From assembly GCF_018350175.1 (NCBI RefSeq), contig NC_058368.1, forward strand, positions 65,412,001 to 65,476,000: DNA of 64,000 bases, read 5' to 3'. Source of the stretch: Felis catus (taxonomy: Eukaryota). Under the pieces are notes generated by a model, which saw only the letters and a program-made list of their open reading frames with translations, was not told the origin of the DNA and made no database searches. Position 1 is the stretch's first letter; every line of letters begins with the position of its first letter. Made by a program: the position numbers and the translations under genes. This document shows, in pieces, positions 12,500-25,110 of the stretch.

Positions 12500-12640
12500 A
12501 TCAGAGAACTTGTAAACATCTCACGAAATGTTGGTTTGCTCATTCGTTTCCCCCATTGCACTCCAGGCTGTCCAAAACAATGTCAGAACAGCGCCTGGCA
12601 TTCAGAAGGTGTTCAGAAATAAACTTCTGGATAAATGAAG
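12500..12640 (+). mobile_element. L2 3' tail fragment
   Basis: agaacagcgcctggcattcagaaggtgttcagaaataaacttctggataaatgaa. Confidence 0.65.
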
Positions 12641-13491
12641 GACAGTTGCTTGTTTTGGGTTAGTATAGTACTTGGCATTTTTAGGACTTCTAGATTTATG
12701 TGATTCTGCAGCAAGTCAGGCTCTGGGTCATCTGCTTTTTTTGCACATGATTACTCACTTCAGTGCTATAGGTAACTTGGTTGGAAATCGTTGCTGTTAT
12801 GTTTAATGTCCCCTGCCACTTTCACTCCTTTATAGTTCCCTCTTTGCTGTTTGGATGTAAATATTCACAATCCTCCCTTTTCTTGTGGTGCCTTCTCATC
12901 CGTCTCTGACAAAATCCATGAATGTCTCTACAAAGAAAGAATACTTTATCAAATAACAGCGTTTAGTCACAAAGGTGTGTTTCTTGATAGATAATCTGAG
13001 GAGAAATGAATGGAACTCTTGATGTTTTCCAAGAAACTGATTTGGTAAATCAGATTTACTGTATTGTGATCTATTTTTCTAAAAACCAGACAAGAACTGA
13101 GAATCACGACTCATAAGTCAAACCCTAGGCCTTTATTTGAAGCGGGTTTGCTTTGGTCATTACTTCCATGGGATTTAAGTTTAAGGTTCCAGGTCTGACA
13201 CATTTGGTCTCAGGGGCAATGGTGATGAGAAATATAGGATGATGTACGGATTCATAACTAAGTGGTCCAAGGGGGAACTGGGCTCTCAGCTTTTGTTTAC
13301 CACTATCAGCTTAATATAATTTCAAAGGCAAAGTTACCATCAGAAGTTCTTTTGTTGGTGGGATACAAAGTAGATAAGAAAAATGCCAACATATGTTCTA
13401 CGTTAACTAAGCGAGGTTTGTTTAGAATGAAGAGTTTGAAGATGTTCAGTTTGTGAAGAGGGCTACACTGGCATTTCTCCGTACAGCCATT

Positions 13492-13492
<1 letters not shown>

Positions 13493-13542
<50 letters not shown>
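13493..13542. repeat. (GT)25 microsatellite
   Basis: Perfect dinucleotide run. Confidence 0.98.
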
Positions 13543-13545
<3 letters not shown>

Positions 13546-14049
13546 CTCTGAGGAGCCAGAGGATCTGAGGGGGCAGCTGGGAGAGGCATGTGGGAACTTT
13601 TTGGAAAGAGAGAAATCCCAGGACCAGCTTAACCCCTCTATATCTTTACAAATTAGCGAAAAGTTAATGAAATGAGTTATATTCAACAAATTCAGAAAGT
13701 AATTCTTGATGAGCTCTTTTGTTCACAAGGTTGTGACGGCCTATTCCTTATAACACCTGGTTACAGGCTGATTACAGGCAGGAGAAGCAAGTGATTGTCT
13801 TCGAAAATAAGCAGCCAGTATTCACATCTTGATAAATATTATCATTTCCCCCCATTTTTCTCCTTTTCTTTTCTCTTCCTTCATAATTTGAGTTGACATA
13901 AGGAGATACTGTTCTCAAGATGAAAGCATTTTTAGCTGTTAAAAAGCCATTTTCAGCAGACACGGATGACTATTGCTTAGAAAGAAAAGTTGTAGGAGGC
14001 CATACTAAGGCATTAGGGCAAGAACATATGTGGCACAAGACAAAATATG

Positions 14050-14880
14050 ATGTGACATAAGCAAAGTGATAGATTCAAAGGAGGACAGCCATGTTAATTT
14101 GGGCAAATCTGGACGGAGTTTCAAGGAAGAGGCAGCCCTTGGATTGAACTGAAAGGTTAAATTGGATTTTGGAGCTAAAGAAAAGAGGAGAGGTGAGCAT
14201 TTAGGCAGCTGCTTCAGAAGAGCAAATGAACTGACATCAAGAGATCACTGTTAGAAAAGTGTTTGGGATTTGGGTAGCCAGAACAAGGATGTCATTAGAA
14301 GTTCTTCCCAGGTGTAATGTTTCTTAACTTTAGAGGCATGGGATTGTTTTGGAAGCTTTTGAGCACAAAAGTGGTATAACCAGAACTATGTTTTAAGAAG
14401 ATAAGTGGGCAGCAGTGTAGAGAATGGAGTCTGATGTTGAGAACTGTGAAGTAGGGACATCGTGGTAGCAGTCCAGTGTGGAAGCAGTGAGGTCCTGAGG
14501 AAGGATGGTCCTGGAGGGAAATAGGAAGAAACTGGGGGTGGATGTGATAAACACTGGGGAGGGAAATGTTGGAGAGAAATAGGACTGGGCAGTGGTAACG
14601 TTAAGGGTCAGCCAAAGGGAAGGGTTCTGGGGCAGTGGGAATGCACACCGGTGAACTGAGAAAATGGCGGCATCTAGCAGCAGAGATGCCACGAGGAAGG
14701 GTGGGTGGACGAGGAGGAAGATGAGTTTACTTGTGGATTTGTACCTGAAGCACATGAAGGAGAAAACGTCCTAGAACCATTTGCAAGTATAAGCCTGGGT
14801 TTGGCAGAGAAACCAGAGTTACAGAAAGAGATTTGGTCCGTATTTGTTGCAAGATAATAAGTAAAGTTGGATGAAATACC
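14050..14880 (-). mobile_element. L2 fragment
   Basis: Purine-rich; ggaagcttttgagcacaaaagtggtataaccagaactatgttttaagaagataag and related L2 motifs. Confidence 0.75.
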
Positions 14881-15938
14881 ATCATCCTTTTAGGTGATTT
14901 CGTACAATTAATCTGGCTCGTTAAAGGAAACCTCAGACTTGAAGTAAACAATACATTGTAAGACACAACACACTTCTTTTGTCTCCCGTAGAGCAAGAGT
15001 TCAAGATAATTTCCTTGAACGAGGGTTGTAGCGAGAACTCTGTTGAAAAGAGCTTCAGTTTTTGTGCCTATAATATCAGATTCTTCCATAAATGTGAGCC
15101 ACGATCCAGTGGAGAAAGCTTTTTCCTTTCAGGCATGACATGTGTTTGATTTCCAAGGGCAAGGTTTCTCATTTGATTGCCAACCTCCCTAATTAGGAGG
15201 CCTTGAAGATCATCGCCTCAAGGTTGTTCAAGCTGAAAAAGCATTCACAAGCACAAACATATTTTATGTCCAGTAAAATTCGCTCTAGTTGACTGAATGC
15301 AGTTACTTATCATAGAGACTTACCTGTTCGCTCCAGGCAAATGCAGCCAGCAGCATTAGCATTCAAGACAAAAGACAGCCATCAGTGTAAATTCTTGTCT
15401 ACTATGCAAGGTGTATCTTTTGATCTTTTCAGAAAGAGCTGGAAAATTGGATGGTATTTGCAGGAGCCTTTCAGCTGAGAAATGTCAATAATGTAATCGT
15501 GTTGAGACCAGTGCATGGAATTGACTTGTTGGGAGCTGGATACAGATGCAAGGATGAAGTATGTATCTGATTATTATATATAGACCTGAGTTTGTACGTG
15601 AGATCCAGGTCGCCAGGCGACGTCAGAAGGCGGCCTTAGGAGAATTGGATGAATCCTTCAGGCGGATCTCTGAGTGGCAACTCCAAATCTGAAGTTTTGG
15701 GAAAACAAAGAAATGGGAAAGTAAATTTCCTCCTGTTATTTGCACGTGCAGCGTCTCACTGGCTTCTTCCACGTGTGGATAATCTGGTGGCTGTGAAATC
15801 AAGACCGGTCATTCCATTTCCCTCAAACAGAGCCAATCACCTTCATTGTGTGAGGAATTCCTGCAACCTGAGCTGGAAGGAGTTTTAAGTTGCTTTTGTG
15901 TGGTTTGTATAGGCTGCAGGTTGTGTCTGACTGCTTTA

Positions 15939-16138
15939 ATTTTTTTTTTATGTTTATTTATTTTTGGGAGACAGAGTGCAAGCAGAGGAGCAGAGAGAGG
16001 GAGACACAGATCTGAAGCAGGCTCCAGGCTCTGAGCTGTCAGCCCAGAGCCCGATGCGGGGCTCGAACTCGTGAACTGTGAGATCACGACCTGAGCTGAA
16101 TGTCGGACACTTAACCGACTGAGCCACCCAGGTGCCCC
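15939..16138 (-). mobile_element. Can-SINE (SINEC_Fc)
   Basis: Full body; imperfect TSD tgtgtctgactgcttta / tgtgtctgcctagttta. Confidence 0.96.
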
Positions 16139-16664
16139 TGTGTCTGCCTAGTTTAAAAGCCATATCCAAAATAAACAGCATCGGTGAATCAGATTGTTCA
16201 ATTTTGTAATTGCTTCAATGTGCTTTTTGGTTTTCCTTTTATTCTTTCCTCTTTAGTTATTGGGAATGATAATGAAGTTTTTCTTTCATTACTTGCTATT
16301 GGATTATCTGTGAACAGAAAAGAGATGAAAAAATGGTTCATAGAATTCTAACAACATTAATTTGTTCAATGCTTGACTCTGTCTCCATCGAGAGATAATG
16401 GTTTTGGCACCACAGTATTCTGTGGGCAAATGAGTGTTTTATCTTAAAAATTAAGAAAGATGTTCTGTAGTTTAATGCCACAATTCTTTGGTTCACACAA
16501 AAATTTGAACTTCTGTGTTGATGTTATCTGAGAACCTATGACGTCTTACTCATGTGTATCTTGAAGTGACCTGCTAGTGTCTTCCTCACGGGACACATGA
16601 CACCGGGAAACCTTCTCATTCTCAGAAAGACATCCACAATTGCCATCCTCATGGCAGTCGTGAA

Positions 16665-16880
16665 CATGTGAACGTGTAGGGCTTACAGTGTACCGGGGAC
16701 TACTGTCAATGCTTCCGTGCATTCTCCCATTTAATCCTTACAATGCTACGAGGTCCTCAATATTATCATCCTCTTCTTATGCATGAGAAAAGGGGAGACA
16801 GAGGAGTTAAAGAAGATCCCAAAGCTTTATTAGCAGCAGTTTGACTCCAAAGTTTGCTTGGAAGTCTCCGTCCTGAAGCA
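16665..16880 (-). mobile_element. MIR SINE
   Basis: cattctcccatttaatccttacaatgctacgagg...tattatcatcctcttcttatgcatgagaaaagggg...agaggagttaa. Confidence 0.8.
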
Positions 16881-17594
16881 GTGGATAGAGATGTGAACCA
16901 CCAAGTTTATCCTGGAGGAAGATGTACGACACATTTCTTGAGGTCCTGATATTAATTGACCTGTTTTTTCCATAAAAGAGGCAACATTTTGGAAGATGGG
17001 TTTCTTCTGTTGTAGTTTCCATGTCATTTGGGAAAATAATTTTGCTGTTTCTTCCTTTGATATCGTGTGGCTATAGCAAGTGTAAACACTTCCTAAGAGT
17101 ATGGGTTTTGATTTTTCAAATTAAATCACGTGTCTGCCCCTTCCCCTGGTGTTCAGTGGGTTACTGTGTGTTAGGTACTATATCAGTCAGAGTGTTTTTA
17201 CTTGTGAAAATGCAGTTTGTGGAATTGTGAGACTGCAGGAAAAAAATGAAGTTTTATATGTATATATGTGTGTGTTAAGGTGTGTGCATATAATAAGGAT
17301 GTGAAGGTATAATAATTATGTATTTGATATATAAAGTGTGCAAACTGCAGTAGGGTTAAGTGCATGAAAGGTTATCACTATGTCTGGAGTTCAGTGATAG
17401 TAAATGCATTGTGTGCTTTTGAAACATGGGAAGGATTTCTGAGGCAATGGAGACATGAATTCAAAAGTTGCTGATGTGAGTAAACATTTCAAGGTAACGT
17501 GATAGGTCTGAGGTGGATGTTAGCTAGACAGTTATTTACCTGCAGGATGGTAAGGGAAGTCTAGAGCATAGCAAACATAGAACATGTGGGTCTT

Positions 17595-17818
17595 GGGGCG
17601 CCTGGGTGGCTCAGTCGGTTAAGCGTCCAATCCAACTTTGACTCAGGTCATGATCTCATGGCTTGTGGGTTTGAGCCCTGCGTCGGGCTCTGTGATGACA
17701 GCTCAGAGCCTGGAGCCTGCTTTGGATGCTGTGTCTCCCTCTCTCTCTCTGCCCCTTCCCTGCTCCCACTCTGCCTCTGTCTCTCTCAAAATAAACATAG
17801 CAATAAAAAAATTAAAAA
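17595..17818 (+). mobile_element. Can-SINE, outer element of a nested pair
   Basis: TSD agaacatgtgg(g/t)tctt at 17579-17594 and 18057-18072 encloses both + strand SINEs. Confidence 0.96.
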
Positions 17819-18056
17819 GGGGCGCCTGGTTGGCTCAGTCGGTTGAGCGTCCGACTTCAGCTCAGGTCATGATCTCACAGTCTGAGTTCGAGCCCTGCAT
17901 CGGTCTCTGTGCTGATGGCTCAGAGCCTGGAGCCTGCTGCCGATTCTGTGTCTCCCACTCTCTCTGCCCCTTCCCTGCTCATGCTCGGTCTCTCTCTGTC
18001 TCAAAAATAAATAAAAACATTAAGAAAAAAATAAAAAAAAATTAAAAAGAAAAAAA
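17819..18056 (+). mobile_element. Can-SINE inserted into the tail of the previous SINE
   Basis: Full body; an A-rich ataaaaaaattaaaaa-like repeat on both sides. Confidence 0.96.
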
Positions 18057-18090
18057 AGAACATGTGGTTCTTTCTATAGCATGTCATTCT

Positions 18091-18143
18091 TTTTTTTTTT
18101 TTAACAATTTTTTAATGTTTGTTTATTTTTAAGAGAGAGAGGG

Positions 18144-18189
<46 letters not shown>

Positions 18190-18345
18190 ACTAGTGGGAG
18201 AAGGGCAGAGAGAGGCGAAAGCACAGAATCCGAAGCAAGCTCCAGGCTGTCAGCCCAGAGCCCAACGCGGGGCTCAAACCCACGAACCGTGAGATCATGA
18301 CCTGAGCTGAAGTCGGATGCCCCGACTGAGCCGCCCAGGCGCCCC
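18091..18345 (-). mobile_element. Can-SINE with long (GA)n tract
   Basis: TSD tcta(t/c)agc(a/g)tgtcattct at 18073-18090 and 18346-18363. Confidence 0.96.
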
Positions 18346-18949
18346 TCTACAGCGTGTCATTCTCTGATGCAGAGTAGATGGTGAACATTTTGAACATTTG
18401 ATTTCTAGATGTGTATGCTTTACTAGATTGAATAAATGATAGGTAATTGGGCAAGAAAATATATATTTTTAAAACTTAAAACATGTTTCTGAAAAGAAAC
18501 TGTCAAAATGCAAGCTGTTCTCCCTCCCCTGTTCCTATATTACACAGAATTTTCACTGTTTACCCCAAGTCATTGTTAAAAGAGGAAAATTTTTCAAAGG
18601 AGAAATTTAGAAACATTATTGTACAGAGAATTTCTTGCTCCTAGAGAGAATCTACAAAGGAGCCTCATCCCAGAAGCTACTGTCTTCTATTTAAAAACAT
18701 CAGAGCAGGGTAAAGAGTATCTCCCGATGAGCACAAGTAGAGACTAGAAGGTTCTTTGAAACCCAGAGTGAAAACCACTTGGAGAATCAGAAGAGTGAAG
18801 CATAAGGTTGTGGTAGGGATTTGGAGACTGGGCTGGAAAATGGGTGTGCCAATCTGTATAATCAAAGTGGGGGGCAGGGGGGACAGGACCTGGGAGGTGG
18901 TACTGAGGGCATTGGTCCTCAGGACAGGGGTCCAGGGACAAAAGCACAT

Positions 18950-18978
18950 CACAAAGCAGACACAAAGCAGACACAAAG
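18950..18978. repeat. 11-bp tandem repeat (cacaaagcaga x2.6)
   Basis: Read directly from the sequence. Confidence 0.85.
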
Positions 18979-19125
18979 ATTAACACAGAATGAGAGATCA
19001 GTTTAGCCCAACAGTCAGTACGTTTCAAGGACAGGAGTGCATATAAAATAATACAATGAATTTGTGAAATATGAGATTGCTGTTATGCAGGATACAGGTG
19101 TGTTTCTGAATAAAATTTGAACACT

Positions 19126-19355
19126 GGGCACCTGGATGGCTCCGTCGTTGAGTGTCCACCTCTTGATTTTGGCTCATGTTGTGATCCCAGCGTCGTGGGA
19201 TCAAGTCCTTGCATGGGGCTCTGTGCTGAGCATGGACCCTGCTTGGGATTCCCCCCCCCCCCCCCCATCTCTCCCTCCCACTCTCCCTTTCTCCCTCTCT
19301 CCTGTCCTTCTCCCTTGCTCATGCGCTCTCTCTCTAAAAATAAAATAAATCTTAA
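19126..19355 (+). mobile_element. Older Can-SINE with poly-C expansion
   Basis: TSD aaaa(t/c)ttgaacact at 19112-19125 and 19356-19369. Confidence 0.93.
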
Positions 19356-20370
19356 AAAACTTGAACACTTACCCTTAGATATGCAGGCAGTTAGAATCTT
19401 TTGAGTGTTTGGTAATGGGTGTTAATCTCTAGAGTCTTCTGCCCTGCCAGTAGAGACGGTGAAAGTGGGCTGGAGCTTGACTTCAGTAAGTGAATCAGGT
19501 CGCTTTTGATTCCCAAACTCTTTGTATTGGATACATACCTGGTCAATTTGAAGTTTAACTCCCTGTCATCCATCTTCCTCCCCTTTCTTCCCTTCCCAAG
19601 ATCTGTCGTATGGGGGAAGACTTAGCAGTGTCTAGGAAGGGATGTGGCGGTCCCTTGATCATGTTGACCTCTCTGTAGGACTGGGGCTCTGGTTCTGGGA
19701 TGTGGGTGCTCCATCCCCTGGGGAATGATTGGTCTGATTCTGTCCTCTGCAGTCCTACTTGCATTTTTTTCTTGAAATCTGTAGATTGAGTTGCTCTCTT
19801 GCTGACCACCTCTGGCTTGGCTCTACAGATCCCCTCTGGAATCTGCCTGTGACATGTATCTGTTCATTGGCTCAGGTGGCCTATCCCTTTACCCTCGCCT
19901 GCAGTGCCCTTGTTTCCACTTGTATTCAGACCTACGGAGACCCCTTTCTGCTTGCTTGACCTTCTGAAACTTTCCGGTCATGCATGGGTCATAGGGGCCA
20001 GGAGTTTTCCACGTAGAGTTTCAAACATGGGAAATGTTCACAAGTAAATGGCTTCTGTCTGTTCCCACCTAATTTCCAAGATAATCAGGCCAAAGTGAGA
20101 AAGATTCTGGCAGCCTGATTCTTCTGCTTATGTCTCTAATTCCTTACCACAGACTCTTGAGACCAAAGTATCTCTTTTCCTGAAGAAAGGAAAGTCCCTT
20201 ATAGAACTTGGTCTATGACTTAAGAACTTTCTTACCCTAGGAAATAAGCATAGTGCTGCGGATAGTCATGAGATATAGACCAGATGTTGACAATTAAGAT
20301 TCTTGGGTTGTGGGATACAGGAGGTTAAATATATCCTTTCTTTTCTTTATGTTTAAAATTTTTCTCCCCA

Positions 20371-20578
20371 GGGGTGCCTTGCTGGCTCTGTTGGTTGAGT
20401 GCCTGACTCTTGATTTCAGCTCAAGTCATGGTCTCAGTTTGTGAGTCGGGCCCCATGCTGGGCTCTGCACTGACAGTGCTTGGATTCTCTCTCTCTCTCC
20501 CTCTCTCTGCTCCTCCCCTGCTCTCGTGCTCCCTCTCTCAAAATAAATAAATACGCTTTTAAAAAAGTCTTAAAAAAA
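20371..20578 (+). mobile_element. Older Can-SINE
   Basis: ggggtgccttgctggctctgttggttgagtgcctgactcttgatttcagctc head, CT tract, A tail. Confidence 0.93.
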
Positions 20579-20811
20579 TCCCCCCCCCCCACAAACCTTC
20601 TACGATGGACACGCACTACATATATTCAGAACATGAAAAACAGGATTTAAAAATTCCAAAACATAACTAAAAAGAATCGTGATTTGGCTGCCTGTTCTAC
20701 TCTGAGACGTAAGATTGTGCAAGTGGTAATACATTGGGATGGCTGGAACATACTGGAACAGCTTTGCAGTCAGGCAGAAAACCTTGTTTGGGCATTAACA
20801 ACCCAGCTTTA

Positions 20812-21040
20812 GGGGCTCCTGGGTTGCCCAGTTGATTAAACATCCAACTTTGGCTCAGGTCATGATCTCATGGTCCATGGGTTCGAGCCCTGCATCGGGC
20901 TCTGTGCTGACAGCTCTGAATCTGGAGCCTGTTTCGGATTCTGTGTCCCCCCCCCCCCCTACCCCTCCCCCATGCACGTTCTGCCTCTGTCTCTCTAAAA
21001 AATAAATAAACAAGAAAAAACATTAAAAAAAATAAATAAA
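20812..21040 (+). mobile_element. Can-SINE (SINEC_Fc)
   Basis: Full body; TSD aacccagctt on both sides. Confidence 0.95.
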
Positions 21041-22901
21041 AACCCAGCTTCAGTAGGGGCAGGAGAAGTTTGCAGAGTCTCTGGGTGTGTCTTCTTTCAG
21101 AGATGTTGCCAGTCAAAGCAGACAACTGCAACTTGGTAGATTTCTAAGAGAAGACAAACAAACATCATTCATCATTGTTTGCTTGTAGAATTGCTACTGA
21201 GACTTTTGTTTACTCTCCATTGTTGATCTTCTACCTGTGGCCAGATCATACCAAGTCTCAAGCTTCAATAAGTGATGAATTAGTAGTTAAAGGAGAGTCT
21301 TGTTTTCATCGCAAATAGCTTCCATAACCTCTCCTCTTGGGGTACTGTGAGGGTATTTGGGGGGTTCATTAGCTCCATAATAACTCTGCCAGTTGCCTTC
21401 CACAGGCCACTCCAAGTAATTAATCTGTGCTTGTCGGGGCAAGTTCACTGGATGCCCCCAGCTCCTCTATACCTCTGATTACCTTTGCTGAGCTCTTCCC
21501 CTTGAGAGAAATTCTGGAGCTGCCACTGTTTATCTAGCATGTTTTGGTTCTTCTCAAACAACTTATTCACTTTTAAGTTTCCAAGTGGAAGTTCCAATAT
21601 TGTATGTGTTTATGGTGTTGGTGCCCAGAAAGACATTAGCTGTGACGACTCTTCTCTGATCGTCAAGGGCTGTGAACCCGGACGAAGAGGAGAGTGAAGG
21701 GGTGGGAGGAAGCATTTCCGGCTATATCAGAACCAAATAACCTTAAGGGAGAGGTGCCAAAATATATGAAATATTGTCTTAGTGACTTTTATTTAAAAAA
21801 ACAACAACAACTACATGATGGAGTTCAGCTGGGAGTACTGTTAGGCATGTAGTAAATTCCAAATAAATTTGGGTGGAATTGGATCGATTGAACAGAGACG
21901 TAACAGGAATTTAGAAGTGACTTTATCAGTAAAGAAGGGTTTGCAGTCTTCCGTGGGAGAAAGGATTTTCTAATGTTCTACCTTGCTTTACTAATCTTCA
22001 GGCAACAACTGTGGTACATTTTGTCCTAAATACATATTTCTCAAGGGAGTACTCAAGTGGCTATTAAAATTTTAAGCGCCCTGCATCTTTTTAAATAAAT
22101 GCATTGCTTAGCAAGTACAAATGCAAGTTTCCAAGATCCCCTCACCCCACAGACTTCTGCCTAACAGTGCAAGTATTCAGTTTTTGGTTAAAAAAAAAAA
22201 GAGAGAGGTCAAGACAGTTAGAAATCAAAGTTATACTGATGAGTGGCTATTTCCTAAATGGTTGCAAAATTTATTAGCATCTCTACCAAGACATTTCATA
22301 AGTGCTAAATGATGTCAGTGGGTTTTGTGCCTTAGTAAATATCGCTAATAAAATTGCCAAATAGATAATTCTTGTTGAATGAAGAAAAAAAAATGATTTT
22401 TGGTTTAATCACCATGTGCAGGAATTAGAGCTGAAAAATAAAGTTCATGGAGAATTTATATCATACAGCTAGAGAAGCTAGTGAGAAAATCACAGTGATG
22501 TATGGTAAGTTAATAATTTTCAAAACATTAAGACAATTTTAATGTTTCTACTTTTCATGAAGGAAATATATTAATAAAACTGCTGTTCAGGGTTAATTAT
22601 TGGTGCTACACATTGCAGTGGTATGACATTTAGTAGCCTTTTTTTTCCCCCTCTTTTTTATTCCATTAGCAAGTGATGAGACAGTAAACACTATGAATTA
22701 AGTGAATCTTGTTTGACATAAACGAACTACCTCTGAAATGTAAAACAACTTAGTGTATCTCGGTTCTCCTTGTAGTGGGGTTAGGTACATAAATGTGTGT
22801 GTATATCCTTATCTATATCTGCATATTGATACTGGTTATTATCTGTAGGTGTGTATATGTCAGTATATAGAATACGTAGAGATGATGTACACATGTCCTG
22901 A

Positions 22902-22946
22902 CAAACCTGATGTTACTGATAGAGGTTTTATTAGTTAATTAAATGT
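22902..22946. repeat. Copy 1 of an exact 45-bp dispersed direct repeat
   Basis: caaacctgatgttactgatagaggttttattagttaattaaatgt, identical to 24431-24475. Confidence 0.95.
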
Positions 22947-23933
22947 ATATACACAGTATATAGAGATGTCAATGATAAGCACCCCCTTGTTGAACTAGAC
23001 TTTCTGGCTTTTCTGTTAAGCTGGGAACCAGCATATTTGACTTCCTGTAGCCCATCTTCATTAGGACCTTCTGTAGTCACCTGCACAGTTCATGCCTCTG
23101 AAGGGGAACTTGTGATTTCTCTTCCACCCTCCCTGACGCCTATCCTGAAATAAGTGCTGGGGATTTTGTAATCTCTGTTACTGGCAACAGAATTCTCCTG
23201 GATAATTCTTCTTCATGTCTGGTCATGGGTCAAGTTCTATTGACCTGGTTTTCCGGATCCTTTGTCTGATCTTCAGTGTCTCATTTCCAAGCCTATTCTC
23301 GGTCCTTCAATGCTGGTAGTCGGTATGTTGCCCATAAACAACAACAGAACGATACTTTACACACATGTATGATGATTCAGAGAAGTGTCCTATTTGTGTA
23401 CATGCCGTCATCATGTCCATGTGTTTTAATGAAGCATAAACCCCAAATTTTAGAGGAACTTTTAAACTTAAGTGAACGATTATTGTGCCTCTGACTTGGC
23501 AGTGGGATACTGATCTGTGTTAATACTGATCTCTGACTACAAGTGACATTGCCTTTCATCTCTTCACGTAGCAGATTCCAACTAAAATTTCTTTCTGGAC
23601 AAAGTTGACACTATATCCATGTGACATTATAGAGAACAAATGTCCCTTCCTGGATTCCTCCAGTTCCAGGGAAAAATAGGATTCAATACATGGTAAAAAA
23701 TTACTATCTTGTGTAAAATATAGGTGGAAAAATATTGTTTATACTTTGTCTTCTGTCTTCAAGATTTCAGTTTTATGGCATTATTTTACAAGGTCTTACT
23801 AGGGTTCTGTATCGGAGAACAAGGATAAAAATAATCGAAGTGGTGGGATGAGAGATACACTATATATCTCTGGTCATATTGGTAACCTGATTTGTCTGCT
23901 GCAGAACACAATCTGTGGTTGAGTGAATACCTT

Positions 23934-24173
23934 CTTTTTTTTTTTTTTTTTTAAATTGTATTTATTTATTTTTGAGAGAGGGAGAAAGAGAGAGAGAGAG
24001 AGCATGAGTTGGGGAGGGGCAGAGAGAGAGGGAGACACAGATTTCAAAGCAGGCTTCAGGCTCTGAACCCTCAGCACAGTGCCCAATGCGGGGCTTGAAC
24101 TCATGACCTACAAGATCATGACCTGAGCTGAAGTCAGGTCGGGAGCTCAACCGACTGAGCCAGCCAGGCGCTC
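23934..24173 (-). mobile_element. Can-SINE (SINEC_Fc)
   Basis: TSD gtgaat(a/c)cctt at 23923-23933 and 24174-24184. Confidence 0.95.
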
Positions 24174-24430
24174 GTGAATCCCTTTGTAATTGTGCTTCCT
24201 TTATATGCCCCACTTTTTCTTCAGATCGTGATTTCATTAGGGCATTGTATTTACAGAATTCTGTAGATTCTATCCTGCCTGGAAACCCCCCCCACAAAAT
24301 TTAAATACATTGAGAAATATTTGAAAACAAGTAGAAGTGCTAGGTAGCACCTTTGGAGTTCAGTGTTAACAAAACAAAAAAACAATCAGCTATTCCTGAT
24401 GGAGCTGCTTGTCATCAACAATGACATTTC

Positions 24431-24475
24431 CAAACCTGATGTTACTGATAGAGGTTTTATTAGTTAATTAAATGT
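24431..24475. repeat. Copy 2 of an exact 45-bp dispersed direct repeat
   Basis: Identical to 22902-22946. Confidence 0.95.
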
Positions 24476-24989
24476 GTGCAAATTACATGCACTGTTGCAG
24501 ATAATGTAGAAAAGGACATGCATGCTTCATTGAAGCTCAATTTCCTTTTGGAAATTATCAGTGTATCAAATCACTTAACTTTCTTAAAAAAAAAAAAAGC
24601 CACCTGCATTTCTCCAGTCTTTTTATTCAGTATTTCATTCCACCTTTTCACTAGTTTGCTTACAGTGATTTTTGGTAAGTCTTGTAATACTTTTTTGGGA
24701 ATTGTTAGGGGAAATAGTCTTATTCAGATAGAGCAGATTTCCAGTGATCTGCGATCCATATATTTGAGTGGGCTTGAAATACAGGAGGGACCCTGCAAAG
24801 TTTGAGCAAGAATTTATGTCATACTTATTCATAAGCCACATTTCATCCCCAACTTTTCTGCCCTTCCTGTGACTTTTGCTCTGATTCGTGGATTTCTTTT
24901 TACTAAAATCAGGTAAATCAAACATTTATCTAAACTCCTAGTCTGTTTTTAAATTTATACTGTTTGTACCTGTTCCAATTTTTAATTCC

Positions 24990-25110
24990 TTCAATTATTC
25001 ATGTAGCAAATATTGACTGTCTCTAAGATACAGTGGACAGTATTCTTGATTCTGGGAATGTGCTGATGATTACAAAAGAAACAATGTCTCAGCCCTTGGG
25101 GAGCTTATTC
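24990..25110 (-). mobile_element. L2 tail fragment
   Basis: attcatgtagcaaatattgactgtctctaag...aatgtctcagcccttggggagctta. Confidence 0.6.

Noticed and set aside
13306..13689. 127-aa ORF with a THTHTH run, and the VCVC ORFs at 13490, 35207 and 35254
   Set aside because: The frames are kept open by GT/AC microsatellites
14393..15089. Two 120-aa minus-strand ORFs
   Set aside because: They overlap a degraded L2 and resemble no protein I recognise
15318..15327. acttacctg resembling the 5' end of U1 snRNA
   Set aside because: The downstream sequence does not match U1; it is simply the complement of a splice donor
17595..17680. tRNA-like A/B boxes in SINE heads
   Set aside because: They are SINE-derived and are not intact tRNA genes
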